The notes below the pieces were generated by a model. That model was not told where the DNA came from. It did no database searches and was given only the letters and a program-made list of their open reading frames with translations. From the NCBI GenBank assembly GCA_902605445.1, contig CACLCL010000003.1, forward strand, positions 1,192 to 65,191: 64,000 nucleotides of DNA. The letters are read 5' to 3'. The first letter of the stretch is position 1. Each line of letters begins with the position of its first letter. A program made the translations under genes and the position numbers. The stretch comes from an uncultured Bacteroidota bacterium. GTDB lineage: Bacteria; Bacteroidota; Bacteroidia; Flavobacteriales; Flavobacteriaceae. This document shows positions 46,826 through 56,152 of this stretch, piece by piece.

Positions 46826-47331
46826 TGACCAAAGAGATCTTAAATAGAGTTGAAAAAAGTGGGATTGTAACTATAGATTTCGATGAATTTCAAACTCCAA
46901 AAATACTAGTCATTGATATTAAAGATTGGCTGAATGATGGGCTATATTTGATAGAGAAAGACTTTAGAAAACGAATTGAAAAACATAATTGGATAAATTA
47001 TAAAAACTGTTATGTTTCTATTTTTTGTAGCTCTGATGCTATCATTCCACAATGGGCCTATATGTTAATTTCATCAAAGATTTCAGAAGTTACCTCTAAA
47101 TCTTATATTGGAAATTTTGAAAAATTGCAAGAGAAGATTTTTGAAGATTATATTAACTCGATTGATTGCAAAAAGTATTTAAACAAATCAGTTATTATTA
47201 AAGGATGTGCTGAAAAAAAAATCCCCTTATCAGCATATCACTTAATTACAAGTAAACTTAAAGGGTGTGCAAAAAGTATTATGTATGGTGAAGCTTGTTC
47301 CTCTGTACCTATTTTTAAAAGGGCTAAATAA
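46825..47331 (+). CDS. DUF2480-like protein
   Basis: 168 aa. The N-terminus ILNRVEKSGIVTIDFDEF resembles the Bacteroidetes DUF2480 family as I remember it. The start overlaps the HMGS stop (TAATG). Confidence 0.5.
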   Translation: MTKEILNRVEKSGIVTIDFDEFQTPKILVIDIKDWLNDGLYLIEKDFRKRIEKHNWINYKNCYVSIFCSSDAIIPQWAYMLISSKISEVTSKSYIGNFEKLQEKIFEDYINSIDCKKYLNKSVIIKGCAEKKIPLSAYHLITSKLKGCAKSIMYGEACSSVPIFKRAK

Positions 47332-48502
47332 TTTCAGGATATAAAAAATTATTATAGGGAAATCTAGTGATATGTATATCCCTTACTTTTTGGTAAAGAA
47401 TTTTTTTCAACCCCTCTACATTACTTTTGTTTTTTGCTGAAATAAAAACTACATCTTGAGAGAGTTTATTCATCCATGTGCTTTTCCAATCATCAAGAGT
47501 GTAGTGAATTTTTGTTTTTTTTGTAATTAAATCATCAGAATCTATTTTTTCTTCCCTATAATTATCTATTTTATTAAAAACAAGAATGGTAGGCTTTTCA
47601 TTGGATTTTATTTCTAATAGAATTTTTTCTACAGATTGTTTGTGATCTTCGAAATTTCTGTGTGATATATCAACAACATGAATTAAAAGGTCTGATTCTC
47701 TAACCTCATCTAAAGTACTCTTAAAAGATTCAACTAGTTGAGTTGGTAATTTTCTAATAAACCCTACTGTATCACTTAACAAAAAAGGAAGATTACCAAT
47801 TACTAGCTTTCTTACAGTCGTATCAAGTGTTGCAAATAATTTATCCTCTGCGAATAGCTTCACTTTACATAGTAAATTCATAAGCGTTGACTTACCAACA
47901 TTGGTATAGCCTACAATCGCAACTCTAACTAGCTTACCTCTGTTTCCTCTTTGAGTTGACATTTGTTTATCAATTCCCTTAATTTTTTCTTTTAATAGAG
48001 ATATTTTATTTCTAACTATTCTCCTATCAGTTTCAATTTCTGTCTCTCCGGGACCTCTCATTCCAATACCACCTTTTTGTCTTTCAAGATGTGTCCACAT
48101 TCCTTTTAGTCGCGGTAGTAAATATTGGCACTGAGCTAATTCAACTTGTGTCTTTGCGTAACTTGTTTTTGCTCTTTGAGCAAATATATCAAGTATTAAA
48201 TTTGTTCTATCTAAGATTTTACAATTAAAAATCTTACTAATATTTCTTTCTTGAGTTGCTGATAATTCATCATCAAAAATAACTGTTTTAATATGATTTT
48301 TTAATATGTACTCTTTTATCTCAGTAATTTTTCCCTCACCGATAAATGTCCTTGGATTTGGATTACTTAGTCGTTGAGTAAAAGTTTTAATCACATCTCC
48401 TCCTGCAGTCAAAGTCAAAAAGGCAAGTTCTTTCAAATAGTCCATTGATCTTTCATAACCCTGCTCCTGTGTTATTATTCCAATTAAAATAGTTCTTTCC
48501 AA
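47324..48502 (-). CDS. hflX: GTPase HflX
   Basis: HflX N-domain, G1 GYTNVGKST, G3 DTVGF and G4 NKID. It has a TTG start. Confidence 0.9.
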   Translation of the reverse strand: MERTILIGIITQEQGYERSMDYLKELAFLTLTAGGDVIKTFTQRLSNPNPRTFIGEGKITEIKEYILKNHIKTVIFDDELSATQERNISKIFNCKILDRTNLILDIFAQRAKTSYAKTQVELAQCQYLLPRLKGMWTHLERQKGGIGMRGPGETEIETDRRIVRNKISLLKEKIKGIDKQMSTQRGNRGKLVRVAIVGYTNVGKSTLMNLLCKVKLFAEDKLFATLDTTVRKLVIGNLPFLLSDTVGFIRKLPTQLVESFKSTLDEVRESDLLIHVVDISHRNFEDHKQSVEKILLEIKSNEKPTILVFNKIDNYREEKIDSDDLITKKTKIHYTLDDWKSTWMNKLSQDVVFISAKNKSNVEGLKKILYQKVRDIHITRFPYNNFLYPEII

Positions 48503-48607
48503 TAAAATGAATTTGACAACAAATTTAAACTATATAAAAATTTGACAATCAAAAAACTTGTAATTTAATTATGCATTTGTATATTTAAAATCCTAACCAA
48601 TTCATGT

Positions 48608-51600
48608 ATGCTTAGATTTGCAGTTTGTATTATAGTTTTTCTTAGCTATATAAATGTGTTCTCACAACAAAATATTATTGTTGATTGTTCAGATGGACCA
48701 ATATCAACTACATTCTGCTATGATACTGGTCTTGATAATAGCTTTGTCATTACAAGTAATGATGGTAGTGCTATAAATTTAAGCATTAATGAAGGTCAAG
48801 TGGAAACTGGATGGGATGAATTTATGATTTTAGATAGCGATGCTACTGAATTGTATAATGGCTACGGTAATGGTGGTGATATTTCTGGGCTGTCATTTCA
48901 ATCAAGCGGTGATTCATTAACACTAATTGTAGATGAAGATGGTAGTATAAGCTGTGTATCATCTAACTATACACCTATAACTTTCACTGTTGCATGTGCA
49001 ACGTGTGTTAATCCACAAGCTAATTTTGATGTTGTTTCTGATTGTTTAAACGCTCCTCAATTTTTTGTTGATGTTAATATTACTGATTTAGGTGACGCAA
49101 GTAGCCTAAGTATATTTGATAATCAAGGTAATAGTTCTAATGCTGGTGCAACTGGTATTTATCAATTAGGTCCATATCCAAATAATACCGATGTACAAAT
49201 TACAGTTCAACATAACAATGATACTAATTGTTCTGTTAATAGCGGCTCATTAACTCAAGAGTATTGTGCAACAACTTTAGTTGATTGTGCTGTTGGACCG
49301 GTATCAAGTTCATATTGTTATGGAAACAGTGATACTACTCAATTTGAATATGTAAGTTCAGACGGTTCTCCATTGAATCTAACAATTGACTCTGGACTTA
49401 TCGAAGCTGGTTGGGATATAATTATTGTATCAGACTCTGATGGGACAGTACTATTTCAGGGAGACAATGGTGGAGATCTATCCGGTCTAAATTTTCAATC
49501 ATCTGGTGATTCAATCTTCTTAGGTTTTCAAACTGATGGTTCTGTAAGCTGTCAGTCAAGCTCAACGTATGCTGGAGGAATTGATTGGACAGTTGCTTGT
49601 GCAACATGTACAAACCCTACTGCTGAATATACCGTAATAGATGATTGTGAAAATGGAGAACAATTCCTAATTGATGTAAATATTACAAGCTTAGGAGATG
49701 CTAGTTCATTGACAATATCAGATAATTATGGTACAGTGACAGAGCAAGTCTCAACAACAGGAATTGTTCAAATGGGACCTTACCCATTTCTGACAGACAT
49801 AGTTATAACTGTGTCAAATGATCAAGATGTAAACTGTGTGATAAACAGTAACCCAATACAACTTTTTGCCTGCCCACCTCCAAATGATAATTGTAGTGGC
49901 GCAATAGAAGCAGTAGTCAATTCTGACGAAACCTGTAACCTCATAACTCAAGGAACTTTAAGTGGAGCATCATATTCTGGAAACAGCAGTGACTGCTTGG
50001 CTGATATGGACGATGATGTTTGGTTTTCTTTTTCTGCGATAAGTGAAGTTCAATCAATTTCACTTCTTAACATTACTGGAAGTACTGCGAATCTTGGTCA
50101 TGGACTTTATTCTGCACCTACAAACAACCCATGCGATAATTTGCTGGAATTATATTGTGTAAACGATAATGCAAGTATTACAACTGATTTAACTGTTGGG
50201 ACAACATACTATGTTAGAGTATTTTCTGTTGGTGACGGAGCTCAAAATGTTGATTTTGATTTATGTATAAGCGATGCACCAGATAATACAATTTGTGAAA
50301 ATGCAACAAATTTCTGTGGAGAAGGTGGCGCCTTGTATGGATCAAATATTTTTGACTATCCAAGCTTAGGTCAAATTGCATGCCTATACACAACACCAAA
50401 CCCATCATGGAATACTATACAAATTGGAGATTCTGGTCAGATTGATATTCAAATATCTCAAAATACTGCATTTGACGATAGTGGAAATCCGACCGGTACA
50501 GGACTCGACGTTGATTTTGTTTTGTGGGGCCCATTTGAGAGTGATGAAGATTTTTGTGAAGATGGAGTTTTAGATCAAGGCTGCCCTGATCCATTTAATT
50601 GTCCAAATAATACAACAAATCCTAACTTTTACCCATATGGGAATATCGTTGATTGTAGCTATTCTATTTACAGTGTTGAAAATCTGACAATCGAGAATGC
50701 GTTAGAAGGTGAGGTATATGTATTACTTGTTACCAATTATTCAAATAGCCCGGGAACAATTCAAATACAACAAACAAATGCAGGGCAGGATGGAGCTGGA
50801 TCAACTATTGCAGAAATTGAGGTTGATCTGGGCACTGATCAAACTTTCTGTGGCTTTCCTGAATATGAGATAGTTGCTAGTTCATCATTAGCAGATTATT
50901 ATGAATGGTATTTAGATGGTGTTCTAATTGAAAATGAGAATAATCAATCTTTAATTACAGATGTTTCTGGTCAATATTCAGTTATTGTATATGATGAGCA
51001 GTGCGGATCCAGTGCAGAAGACTCAATACAAATTAACTTATTTCAGGAGGCTTATGCATATGACGTAGATGATATAATTACCTGTGATGATAGTTCAAAT
51101 GATGGATTTGAAGATTTTGACTTAACAATTCAAAATGAAAATATCTTGGGAGGACAGGATCCTAACCAATTCAGTGTTACATATTATTTGAGTTTAAACG
51201 ATGCTCAAATTGGTCAGAACAGTTTAAGCACTGACTTCACAAATACCGAAAATCCACAAGAAATATTTGCTAGAGTTGAACACTTCGATGCAATTGGGTC
51301 TAACTCTGGATGTTATTCGATATCCAGCTTTAATATAGAAGTTATTGGGGCAATTCCAGAATTAATTTCTCCAATTGAATATGTTGTATGTAATCCACTT
51401 AATGAATCTGATAATCAAATGTTCGATTTATCAAGTCAAAACGAAATCATACTTGAAAACCAAAATTTAACTGATTTTAATGTGACTTATCACTTATCAA
51501 ATGAAGATGCAATTTTGGGTAATAACCCAATAAATTTACAATATGAAAATATTTCAAACCCCCAGACAATTTATGTTAGAGCTGAAGATAATAACGCTTA

Positions 51601-51889
51601 TGATTGTTACAGTATAACCTCATTTGACTTAGTTGTGTGTAGAATTCCAGAGGGATTTTCACCAAATAATGATGGTTATAATGATACCTTTAAACTTAAA
51701 GGGTATGATGTAAAGACCATTAAAGTTTATAACAGATATGGAAATCTTGTTTATAGTTCAACAAATTATAATGATAATTGGGAAGGACAATCTAATGAAG
51801 GTGATAAGTTACCTGTTGGGACATATTTTTATCACATAATATATGACGAGAATCAAGAGAAAGTTGGTTGGGTTTATATTAACTATTAA
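48608..51889 (+). CDS. Giant T9SS type-B (CHU_C / gliding-motility-associated C-terminal domain) cargo, adhesin-like multidomain protein
   Basis: Signal peptide. Two Cys-framed about 105 aa modules alternate with about 90 aa beta-sandwich-like modules. A PPC-like domain follows (PPPNDNCSGA...DDDVWFSF), then repeats. The C-terminal FSPNNDGYNDTFKLKG...VYNRYGNLVY...LPVGTYFYHI...WVYINY is the type-B CTD signature. Confidence 0.8.
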   Translation: MLRFAVCIIVFLSYINVFSQQNIIVDCSDGPISTTFCYDTGLDNSFVITSNDGSAINLSINEGQVETGWDEFMILDSDATELYNGYGNGGDISGLSFQSSGDSLTLIVDEDGSISCVSSNYTPITFTVACATCVNPQANFDVVSDCLNAPQFFVDVNITDLGDASSLSIFDNQGNSSNAGATGIYQLGPYPNNTDVQITVQHNNDTNCSVNSGSLTQEYCATTLVDCAVGPVSSSYCYGNSDTTQFEYVSSDGSPLNLTIDSGLIEAGWDIIIVSDSDGTVLFQGDNGGDLSGLNFQSSGDSIFLGFQTDGSVSCQSSSTYAGGIDWTVACATCTNPTAEYTVIDDCENGEQFLIDVNITSLGDASSLTISDNYGTVTEQVSTTGIVQMGPYPFLTDIVITVSNDQDVNCVINSNPIQLFACPPPNDNCSGAIEAVVNSDETCNLITQGTLSGASYSGNSSDCLADMDDDVWFSFSAISEVQSISLLNITGSTANLGHGLYSAPTNNPCDNLLELYCVNDNASITTDLTVGTTYYVRVFSVGDGAQNVDFDLCISDAPDNTICENATNFCGEGGALYGSNIFDYPSLGQIACLYTTPNPSWNTIQIGDSGQIDIQISQNTAFDDSGNPTGTGLDVDFVLWGPFESDEDFCEDGVLDQGCPDPFNCPNNTTNPNFYPYGNIVDCSYSIYSVENLTIENALEGEVYVLLVTNYSNSPGTIQIQQTNAGQDGAGSTIAEIEVDLGTDQTFCGFPEYEIVASSSLADYYEWYLDGVLIENENNQSLITDVSGQYSVIVYDEQCGSSAEDSIQINLFQEAYAYDVDDIITCDDSSNDGFEDFDLTIQNENILGGQDPNQFSVTYYLSLNDAQIGQNSLSTDFTNTENPQEIFARVEHFDAIGSNSGCYSISSFNIEVIGAIPELISPIEYVVCNPLNESDNQMFDLSSQNEIILENQNLTDFNVTYHLSNEDAILGNNPINLQYENISNPQTIYVRAEDNNAYDCYSITSFDLVVCRIPEGFSPNNDGYNDTFKLKGYDVKTIKVYNRYGNLVYSSTNYNDNWEGQSNEGDKLPVGTYFYHIIYDENQEKVGWVYINY
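49004..49906. repeat. Copy 1 of a 903 bp apparently exact direct repeat (partner 52386..53288)
   Basis: It encodes CVNPQANFDVVSDC...QLFACPPPNDNCSGAI identically in both adhesin genes. The antisense ORFs 49422..49613 and 52804..52995 are identical. The offset is 3,382 bp. Confidence 0.9.
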
Positions 51890-51983
51890 GCTAAGGGAAT
51901 GATAATTTGTAATTTTATAAAATATGTATTAGTTTAGATATGATAGTACTAACCAACTCTCATCTTTAAATATCATTATTATT

Positions 51984-54900
51984 ATGAAAAGACTAATATT
52001 CTTAATAGCATTATTTCTGTCATCAAGTATACTACACTCCCAAACTTCTGAAAACACTGTACTTTGTGATCAAGGACCAATCACTGAATCATACTGCTAT
52101 GGTAATGGTGATAATACAGTATTCAATTACATTAGCTCGGACGGCACACAATTGAATCTTACTATTGACTCTGGACTAATTGAAGCTGGTTGGGATTTGA
52201 TTAGAATTATTGATTCTGATGGTACTATACTTTTCGAGGGTGATAATGGGGGTAATCTTTCTGGACTATCTTTTCAATCTACCGGTAATACTATTTCTCT
52301 AGGCTTTCAAACCGATGGCTCTGTAAGTTGCGATTCAAGTGCAGCCTATTCTGACGGAATTGATTGGACTATTGCTTGTGCAACTTGTGTTAATCCACAA
52401 GCTAATTTTGATGTTGTTTCTGATTGTTTAAACGCTCCTCAATTTTTTGTTGATGTTAATATTACTGATTTAGGTGACGCAAGTAGCCTAAGTATATTTG
52501 ATAATCAAGGTAATAGTTCTAATGCTGGTGCAACTGGTATTTATCAATTAGGTCCATATCCAAATAATACCGATGTACAAATTACAGTTCAACATAACAA
52601 TGATACTAATTGTTCTGTTAATAGCGGCTCATTAACTCAAGAGTATTGTGCAACAACTTTAGTTGATTGTGCTGTTGGACCGGTATCAAGTTCATATTGT
52701 TATGGAAACAGTGATACTACTCAATTTGAATATGTAAGTTCAGACGGTTCTCCATTGAATCTAACAATTGACTCTGGACTTATCGAAGCTGGTTGGGATA
52801 TAATTATTGTATCAGACTCTGATGGGACAGTACTATTTCAGGGAGACAATGGTGGAGATCTATCCGGTCTAAATTTTCAATCATCTGGTGATTCAATCTT
52901 CTTAGGTTTTCAAACTGATGGTTCTGTAAGCTGTCAGTCAAGCTCAACGTATGCTGGAGGAATTGATTGGACAGTTGCTTGTGCAACATGTACAAACCCT
53001 ACTGCTGAATATACCGTAATAGATGATTGTGAAAATGGAGAACAATTCCTAATTGATGTAAATATTACAAGCTTAGGAGATGCTAGTTCATTGACAATAT
53101 CAGATAATTATGGTACAGTGACAGAGCAAGTCTCAACAACAGGAATTGTTCAAATGGGACCTTACCCATTTCTGACAGACATAGTTATAACTGTGTCAAA
53201 TGATCAAGATGTAAACTGTGTGATAAACAGTAACCCAATACAACTTTTTGCCTGCCCACCTCCAAATGATAATTGTAGTGGCGCAATAACAATCGAAGCA
53301 AACGCTGATGAGACATGTTCATCATTTGCATCAGGTACGCTTGTTGCTGCAACAGCGTCTAGTGAATCAAATTCATGTGCTGGTTTTGCTGATGATGATG
53401 TTTGGTTTGAGTTTACAGCAGTATCACAAAATCATGCAATTTCATTGTATAATATTGTTGGAGATACTCAAGACTTATTTCATGTTGTTTATCAGGGTGA
53501 TGATTGTGGAAATCTAACAGAACTTTACTGTAGTGATGATAATAACAGTACTGCAAATAATCTAACAGTTGGAGAAAATTATTTAATTAGGGTTTACTCA
53601 TTTACATCTGCTGAGCTAGCAAACTTAACATTTGATATATGCATATTTACTGTTCCTCCTCCAATTTTCACATCTGCTGATTTATTTAGTGTTGATGAAC
53701 TTGTAACTGATGTTTTAATAGATTCAGAATGTAATCAAGCATTTAATGTTACATATAGTACGGGAACTAGTTTTGGTAGTACAAATGGAATAGGATATTT
53801 TGAAGCAAATGGTTCTTCATGGCCATTTCAAGATGGACTAATTATGACTAGTGGAGATGTATTGAATGCCGTTGGTCCTGAAAGTGGAGTAATCAGTGAT
53901 GGTGATTTTACATGGCCTGGTGATGCTGATTTAGAGTCTGTAATTCCAGGGTTAAATATGGGTGATACAAATAATGCATCAATTATTGAATTTGAATTTG
54001 TTCCTATTTCCAATAGTATAAGTTTTGATTTTATTTTTGCTGCCGAGGAATATGGAACTTTTCAATGTACATTTACTGATGCTTTTGCATTTTTACTAAC
54101 TGATTCATCTGGCAACACAACAAATCTGGCAATAGTACCTGGTACAGATGACCCCATTTCTGTTTTAACTGTAAGAGATGATGAATACAACCCATCATGT
54201 GAGTCTGTGAATGAAGAATGGTTTGCAAATTACTATGGTCCAGGAGGACTTCCTCCACTTACAAGTCCTACTAATTTTATTGGACACACAGAGGTTATGA
54301 CTGCTCAGGCAAATGTAATCCCTAATGAAATATACACAATTAAACTTGTGGTTGCTGATGATGGTGATACATTATTTGATTCCGCTGTTTTTATCGACGG
54401 TGGTAGTTTTGACATAGGTCAATTAGACTTGGGAGAAGATATATTGGTTTCATCAGGAAATGCTCTATGTGCTGGCCAAGAAATAATTTTAGATGCTGGA
54501 GCTCTACCTAATAATTCTACTATTGAGTGGTTTATGGACGGTGTGTTAATGGAGGGAGAACATGGTGTTAATTTAACAGTTACCGAAACTGCATTTTATA
54601 GTGCGACAATAACAGTTGATAATACTGATTGTAGTTATTCAGACGATATATTAGTTGAATTCCATCAGTCTCCTGAGCTAACTACACTAACACCAACTGT
54701 TTTAAAATGTGCTAATGAAGGATTTACATTGGAGGTTAATACTGAAAATATCGACCAACTAAATTCTGTAACATATATATGGACTTTGGACGGAGTTGAT
54801 GTACAAACTGGACCAGATAACACCTATTACTTAGATGAAAGTACAGAACAGTCTGGTGAATTTATAATTACCGCATTTGATGATGTCACATACTGCTGGA

Positions 54901-55211
54901 ATACGATAAATATAAATGTACAATTCTATGAAAATAGTTATTGTGTTGACTTACCTCAAGGTCTTTCACCAAATGGAGATGGTATAAATGATTTCCTTAT
55001 ACTTGACCACTTGGAGGATAAAGAAGATATTGATAAAATTGAAGTTTTCAATAGATATGGAACCAAAATATATGAATTGAATGAGTATGTAGATCAATGG
55101 GGTGGTGTTGATCAAGATGGAAAGTTAGTTCCAGTTGGCACATACTTTTATATCATTTACTTTAACTCTGACAAAGAACCTATAACAAGTTGGATATACG
55201 TTAATTATTAA
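51984..55211 (+). CDS. Giant T9SS type-B CTD cargo, adhesin-like, with a choice-of-anchor-L domain
   Basis: Same N-terminal module organisation as the neighbour. The choice-of-anchor-L-like region is ...GIGYFEANGSSWPFQDGLIMTSGD...IIEFEFVPISNSISFDFIFAAEEY...AFAFLLTD...VVADDGDTLFDSAVFIDGGSF. The type-B CTD is LSPNGDGINDFL...VFNRYGTKIY...VPVGTYFYII...WIYVNY. Confidence 0.8.
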   Translation: MKRLIFLIALFLSSSILHSQTSENTVLCDQGPITESYCYGNGDNTVFNYISSDGTQLNLTIDSGLIEAGWDLIRIIDSDGTILFEGDNGGNLSGLSFQSTGNTISLGFQTDGSVSCDSSAAYSDGIDWTIACATCVNPQANFDVVSDCLNAPQFFVDVNITDLGDASSLSIFDNQGNSSNAGATGIYQLGPYPNNTDVQITVQHNNDTNCSVNSGSLTQEYCATTLVDCAVGPVSSSYCYGNSDTTQFEYVSSDGSPLNLTIDSGLIEAGWDIIIVSDSDGTVLFQGDNGGDLSGLNFQSSGDSIFLGFQTDGSVSCQSSSTYAGGIDWTVACATCTNPTAEYTVIDDCENGEQFLIDVNITSLGDASSLTISDNYGTVTEQVSTTGIVQMGPYPFLTDIVITVSNDQDVNCVINSNPIQLFACPPPNDNCSGAITIEANADETCSSFASGTLVAATASSESNSCAGFADDDVWFEFTAVSQNHAISLYNIVGDTQDLFHVVYQGDDCGNLTELYCSDDNNSTANNLTVGENYLIRVYSFTSAELANLTFDICIFTVPPPIFTSADLFSVDELVTDVLIDSECNQAFNVTYSTGTSFGSTNGIGYFEANGSSWPFQDGLIMTSGDVLNAVGPESGVISDGDFTWPGDADLESVIPGLNMGDTNNASIIEFEFVPISNSISFDFIFAAEEYGTFQCTFTDAFAFLLTDSSGNTTNLAIVPGTDDPISVLTVRDDEYNPSCESVNEEWFANYYGPGGLPPLTSPTNFIGHTEVMTAQANVIPNEIYTIKLVVADDGDTLFDSAVFIDGGSFDIGQLDLGEDILVSSGNALCAGQEIILDAGALPNNSTIEWFMDGVLMEGEHGVNLTVTETAFYSATITVDNTDCSYSDDILVEFHQSPELTTLTPTVLKCANEGFTLEVNTENIDQLNSVTYIWTLDGVDVQTGPDNTYYLDESTEQSGEFIITAFDDVTYCWNTININVQFYENSYCVDLPQGLSPNGDGINDFLILDHLEDKEDIDKIEVFNRYGTKIYELNEYVDQWGGVDQDGKLVPVGTYFYIIYFNSDKEPITSWIYVNY
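52386..53288. repeat. Copy 2 of the 903 bp apparently exact direct repeat (partner 49004..49906)
   Basis: See copy 1. Confidence 0.9.
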
Positions 55212-55221
55212 AAAAAAAAAT

Positions 55222-56133
55222 ATGAGAAAAATTATTTTAGTTGTAACACTTTTCTTTCTTGCTGTAAATACTAAAGCCCAACAAGACCCACAGTATACAC
55301 AGTATATGTATAATATGAATATCATAAATCCTGCATATGCAGGTTCAAGTGATGCAACATCTGTAGGAATTTTATATAGAAATCAATGGGATGGGATTGA
55401 TGGTGCTCCAAAAACAGGTACTATGAATATTCATTTTCCAGCAGGTAAAAATGTAGGCTTAGGTTTTTCCGCAATTTCTGATGAAATTGGCCCGGTTAGT
55501 GAAACTAATTTATATATTGATTTCTCATATACCCTTAGTCTAGCTAAAGGAAATAAACTTGCCTTTGGAATAAAAGCTGGTGGCACTTTTCACGATATTG
55601 GACTTGTTGATTTGACACTAATAGACCCTAATGATCCTTTTTTTGCAAGTGATGTAAATGAAAATACCCCAAATGTAGGAGCTGGGGTATATTTTTATAA
55701 GCCTAATAAATATTATGTTTCTGTTTCAGTTCCAAATATTTTAGAATCTGTCCATTTAGACTACAATGACTATAACATTGGTTCAGAAACGCAACACGTT
55801 TTTGCTGCTGCAGGTTACGTCTTTGATATAAACGAAAATTTTAAATTAAAGCCCCATGCTTTTTTAAAGTACGCAGTTGAGAGTCCAACAAGTATAGATA
55901 TCAATGCTAATTTATTTATGTATGACTTTGTAGAATTTGGAGTAGGATATAGAACTGATGATTCGATAACTACGATGATTAACTTCTTAATTTCTCCGTC
56001 AATAAGAATTGGATATGCCTATGATAGCATTCAATCTGAATTAAATTTTTTAACAAATGCTTCGCATGAAATTTTTATAAACTTTGATTTGAATTTTAAA
56101 TCTAAAGTTTCTAGATCACCAAGATATTTTTAA
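55222..56133 (+). CDS. PorP/SprF family type IX secretion system membrane protein
   Basis: The N-terminus AQQDPQYTQYMYNMNIINPAYAG is the family hallmark. About 300 aa beta-barrel. It starts 10 nt after the type-B cargo gene. Confidence 0.85.
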   Translation: MRKIILVVTLFFLAVNTKAQQDPQYTQYMYNMNIINPAYAGSSDATSVGILYRNQWDGIDGAPKTGTMNIHFPAGKNVGLGFSAISDEIGPVSETNLYIDFSYTLSLAKGNKLAFGIKAGGTFHDIGLVDLTLIDPNDPFFASDVNENTPNVGAGVYFYKPNKYYVSVSVPNILESVHLDYNDYNIGSETQHVFAAAGYVFDINENFKLKPHAFLKYAVESPTSIDINANLFMYDFVEFGVGYRTDDSITTMINFLISPSIRIGYAYDSIQSELNFLTNASHEIFINFDLNFKSKVSRSPRYF

Positions 56134-56152
56134 ATATTTATAATATATAACT

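Noticed and set aside
55203-55221. An A11 tract lies between the second adhesin stop and the PorP/SprF start. It could be a slipped-strand phase-variation switch.
   Set aside because: It is intergenic, so length changes would not shift a reading frame. A/T homopolymers of 8-11 nt are frequent throughout this AT-rich window.
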